Shown: positions 62,990 to 64,000 of the stretch, piece by piece | How the letters are laid out: every line of letters starts with the position of its first letter | Numbering within the stretch: position 1 is the stretch's first letter | Source: Octopus bimaculoides | Taxonomy: Eukaryota | Assembly: GCF_001194135.2 (NCBI RefSeq) | Contig: NC_068981.1 | Location: 58,604,508-58,668,507, forward strand | DNA length: 64,000 nucleotides | Reading direction: 5' to 3' | Made by a program: the position numbers and the translations under genes | The notes under the pieces: model-generated | Database searches by the model: none | Told to the model about the DNA's origin: nothing | What the model saw: the letters and a program-made list of their open reading frames with translations, nothing else

Positions 62990-63396
62990 GTGAGTATATT
63001 ACATTGTTTTATATAGGCATCATATGTTGTGAATGCTGGTATACATAGTTTAATATCAATTTGTCAAGGAGAGGTGTGAAACTGCATTAGCTCCCAAAAT
63101 TTAATTGACTCTCAGTCGACATCATCACTGTTTTTTTTATCACTACTTGTTTGTAACTCTATATTGTTTTTATGGATGTATTCAACAGTATTTCCAGTAA
63201 TATTGTAAGGACTTGTGTTCATCTTGATGGTCTTTTGTCATGCCATCAAGTTAACTTTGCAGAAACCTTTCCCTAGCTGACCTTTATAAAGTTGTATTTG
63301 TTTCTTAGCCTTGTTAGCAGTGAGGTGGGTTTTCTGAAAGTATAATAAACCAAAGTGAGAAATTTGTGCGAGTCTTGGGGTTTTCTTTACAGTTCA

Positions 63397-63477
63397 AACC
63401 TGCACATGATGTTGCATGTATTATGTTAGTCACTCTTTAAGAATGACTGTGATCGTAACTTCTTACTGATGCGGGTT
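63397..63477 (+). ncRNA. SNORD45: Box C/D snoRNA, SNORD45(U45)-like, predicted guide for the 18S Um172-equivalent
   Basis: 8-bp terminal stem AACCTGCA/TGCGGGTT. Box C ATGATGT at 63406 (same variant as recalled human U45A). Guide GCATGTATTA is complementary to the conserved 18S UAAUACAUGC. One-nt spacer, then degenerate D' GTTA; box D CTGA at 63466. Lies in an RP-gene intron. Confidence 0.75.
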
Positions 63478-63852
63478 AACTGTTAATGTTTCCGTTCATA
63501 CAAATACTGTCATTTTTTTTAAAGGCTAATTTATATTTTATCTATTGGATATTTATGTTATATTCACCAGTGTCGAAAGCTCAAAGAATTATCACTTCTA
63601 TTGGTAATGCAAGATATCTCTGAGTAAAGGACAGTGTGTTTGAGACTTGTGCAGAAAGTATAATGCAATGTAAAGAAGTGAGTTCCCTTGGAAATCATTG
63701 TTTTGAGTCTCAGAAATGCCATTATGTTTGTTCCTTTCCATGAAAAATGTTTATCCAGTCAGAAAGCAGAATTTGAAAGTATGTATTGTCAGCATGTCGA
63801 AGAGGCAGGGGGATCACAAGTTCTGACTCATCTGTGTAAATCTTGTATGGAT

Positions 63853-63883
<31 letters not shown>

Positions 63884-64000
63884 NNNNNNNNNNNNNNNNN
63901 NNNNNNNNNNNNNNNNNNNNNNNNNNNNNNNNNNNNNNNNNNNNNNNNNNNNNNNNNNNNNNNNNNTGTGTGTGTGTGTGTGTGTAATTCGATATGCATT

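Overview
AT-rich, intron-rich animal genomic DNA with N-gaps. It is most likely octopus/coleoid cephalopod, inferred from the SINE/RTE repeat types. Exons were assembled by hand from GT-AG sites and phase matching. (1) A complete SPIDR (KIAA0146-like DNA-repair scaffold) gene on the minus strand: 21 coding exons, 54935->26436, about 1013 aa, no internal stops. (2) The 5' part of RPL38 on the plus strand (60.7-63.0 kb). Its introns carry a SNORD45-like C/D snoRNA and a candidate H/ACA RNA. (3) An unidentified minus-strand locus at about 1.7-18.7 kb with signal-peptide-like 5' exons, a block of decayed coding exons (8.7-12.1 kb), tandemly duplicated micro-exon cassettes (3.4-7.9 kb) and an open, hydrophobic 3' end. 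The rest is SINEs, RTE/CR1/CRE LINE fragments, mariner derivatives, MITEs and microsatellites. Almost all ORFs in the supplied track are spurious or TE-derived. Protein and RNA identities rest on recalled motifs, not on database searches.
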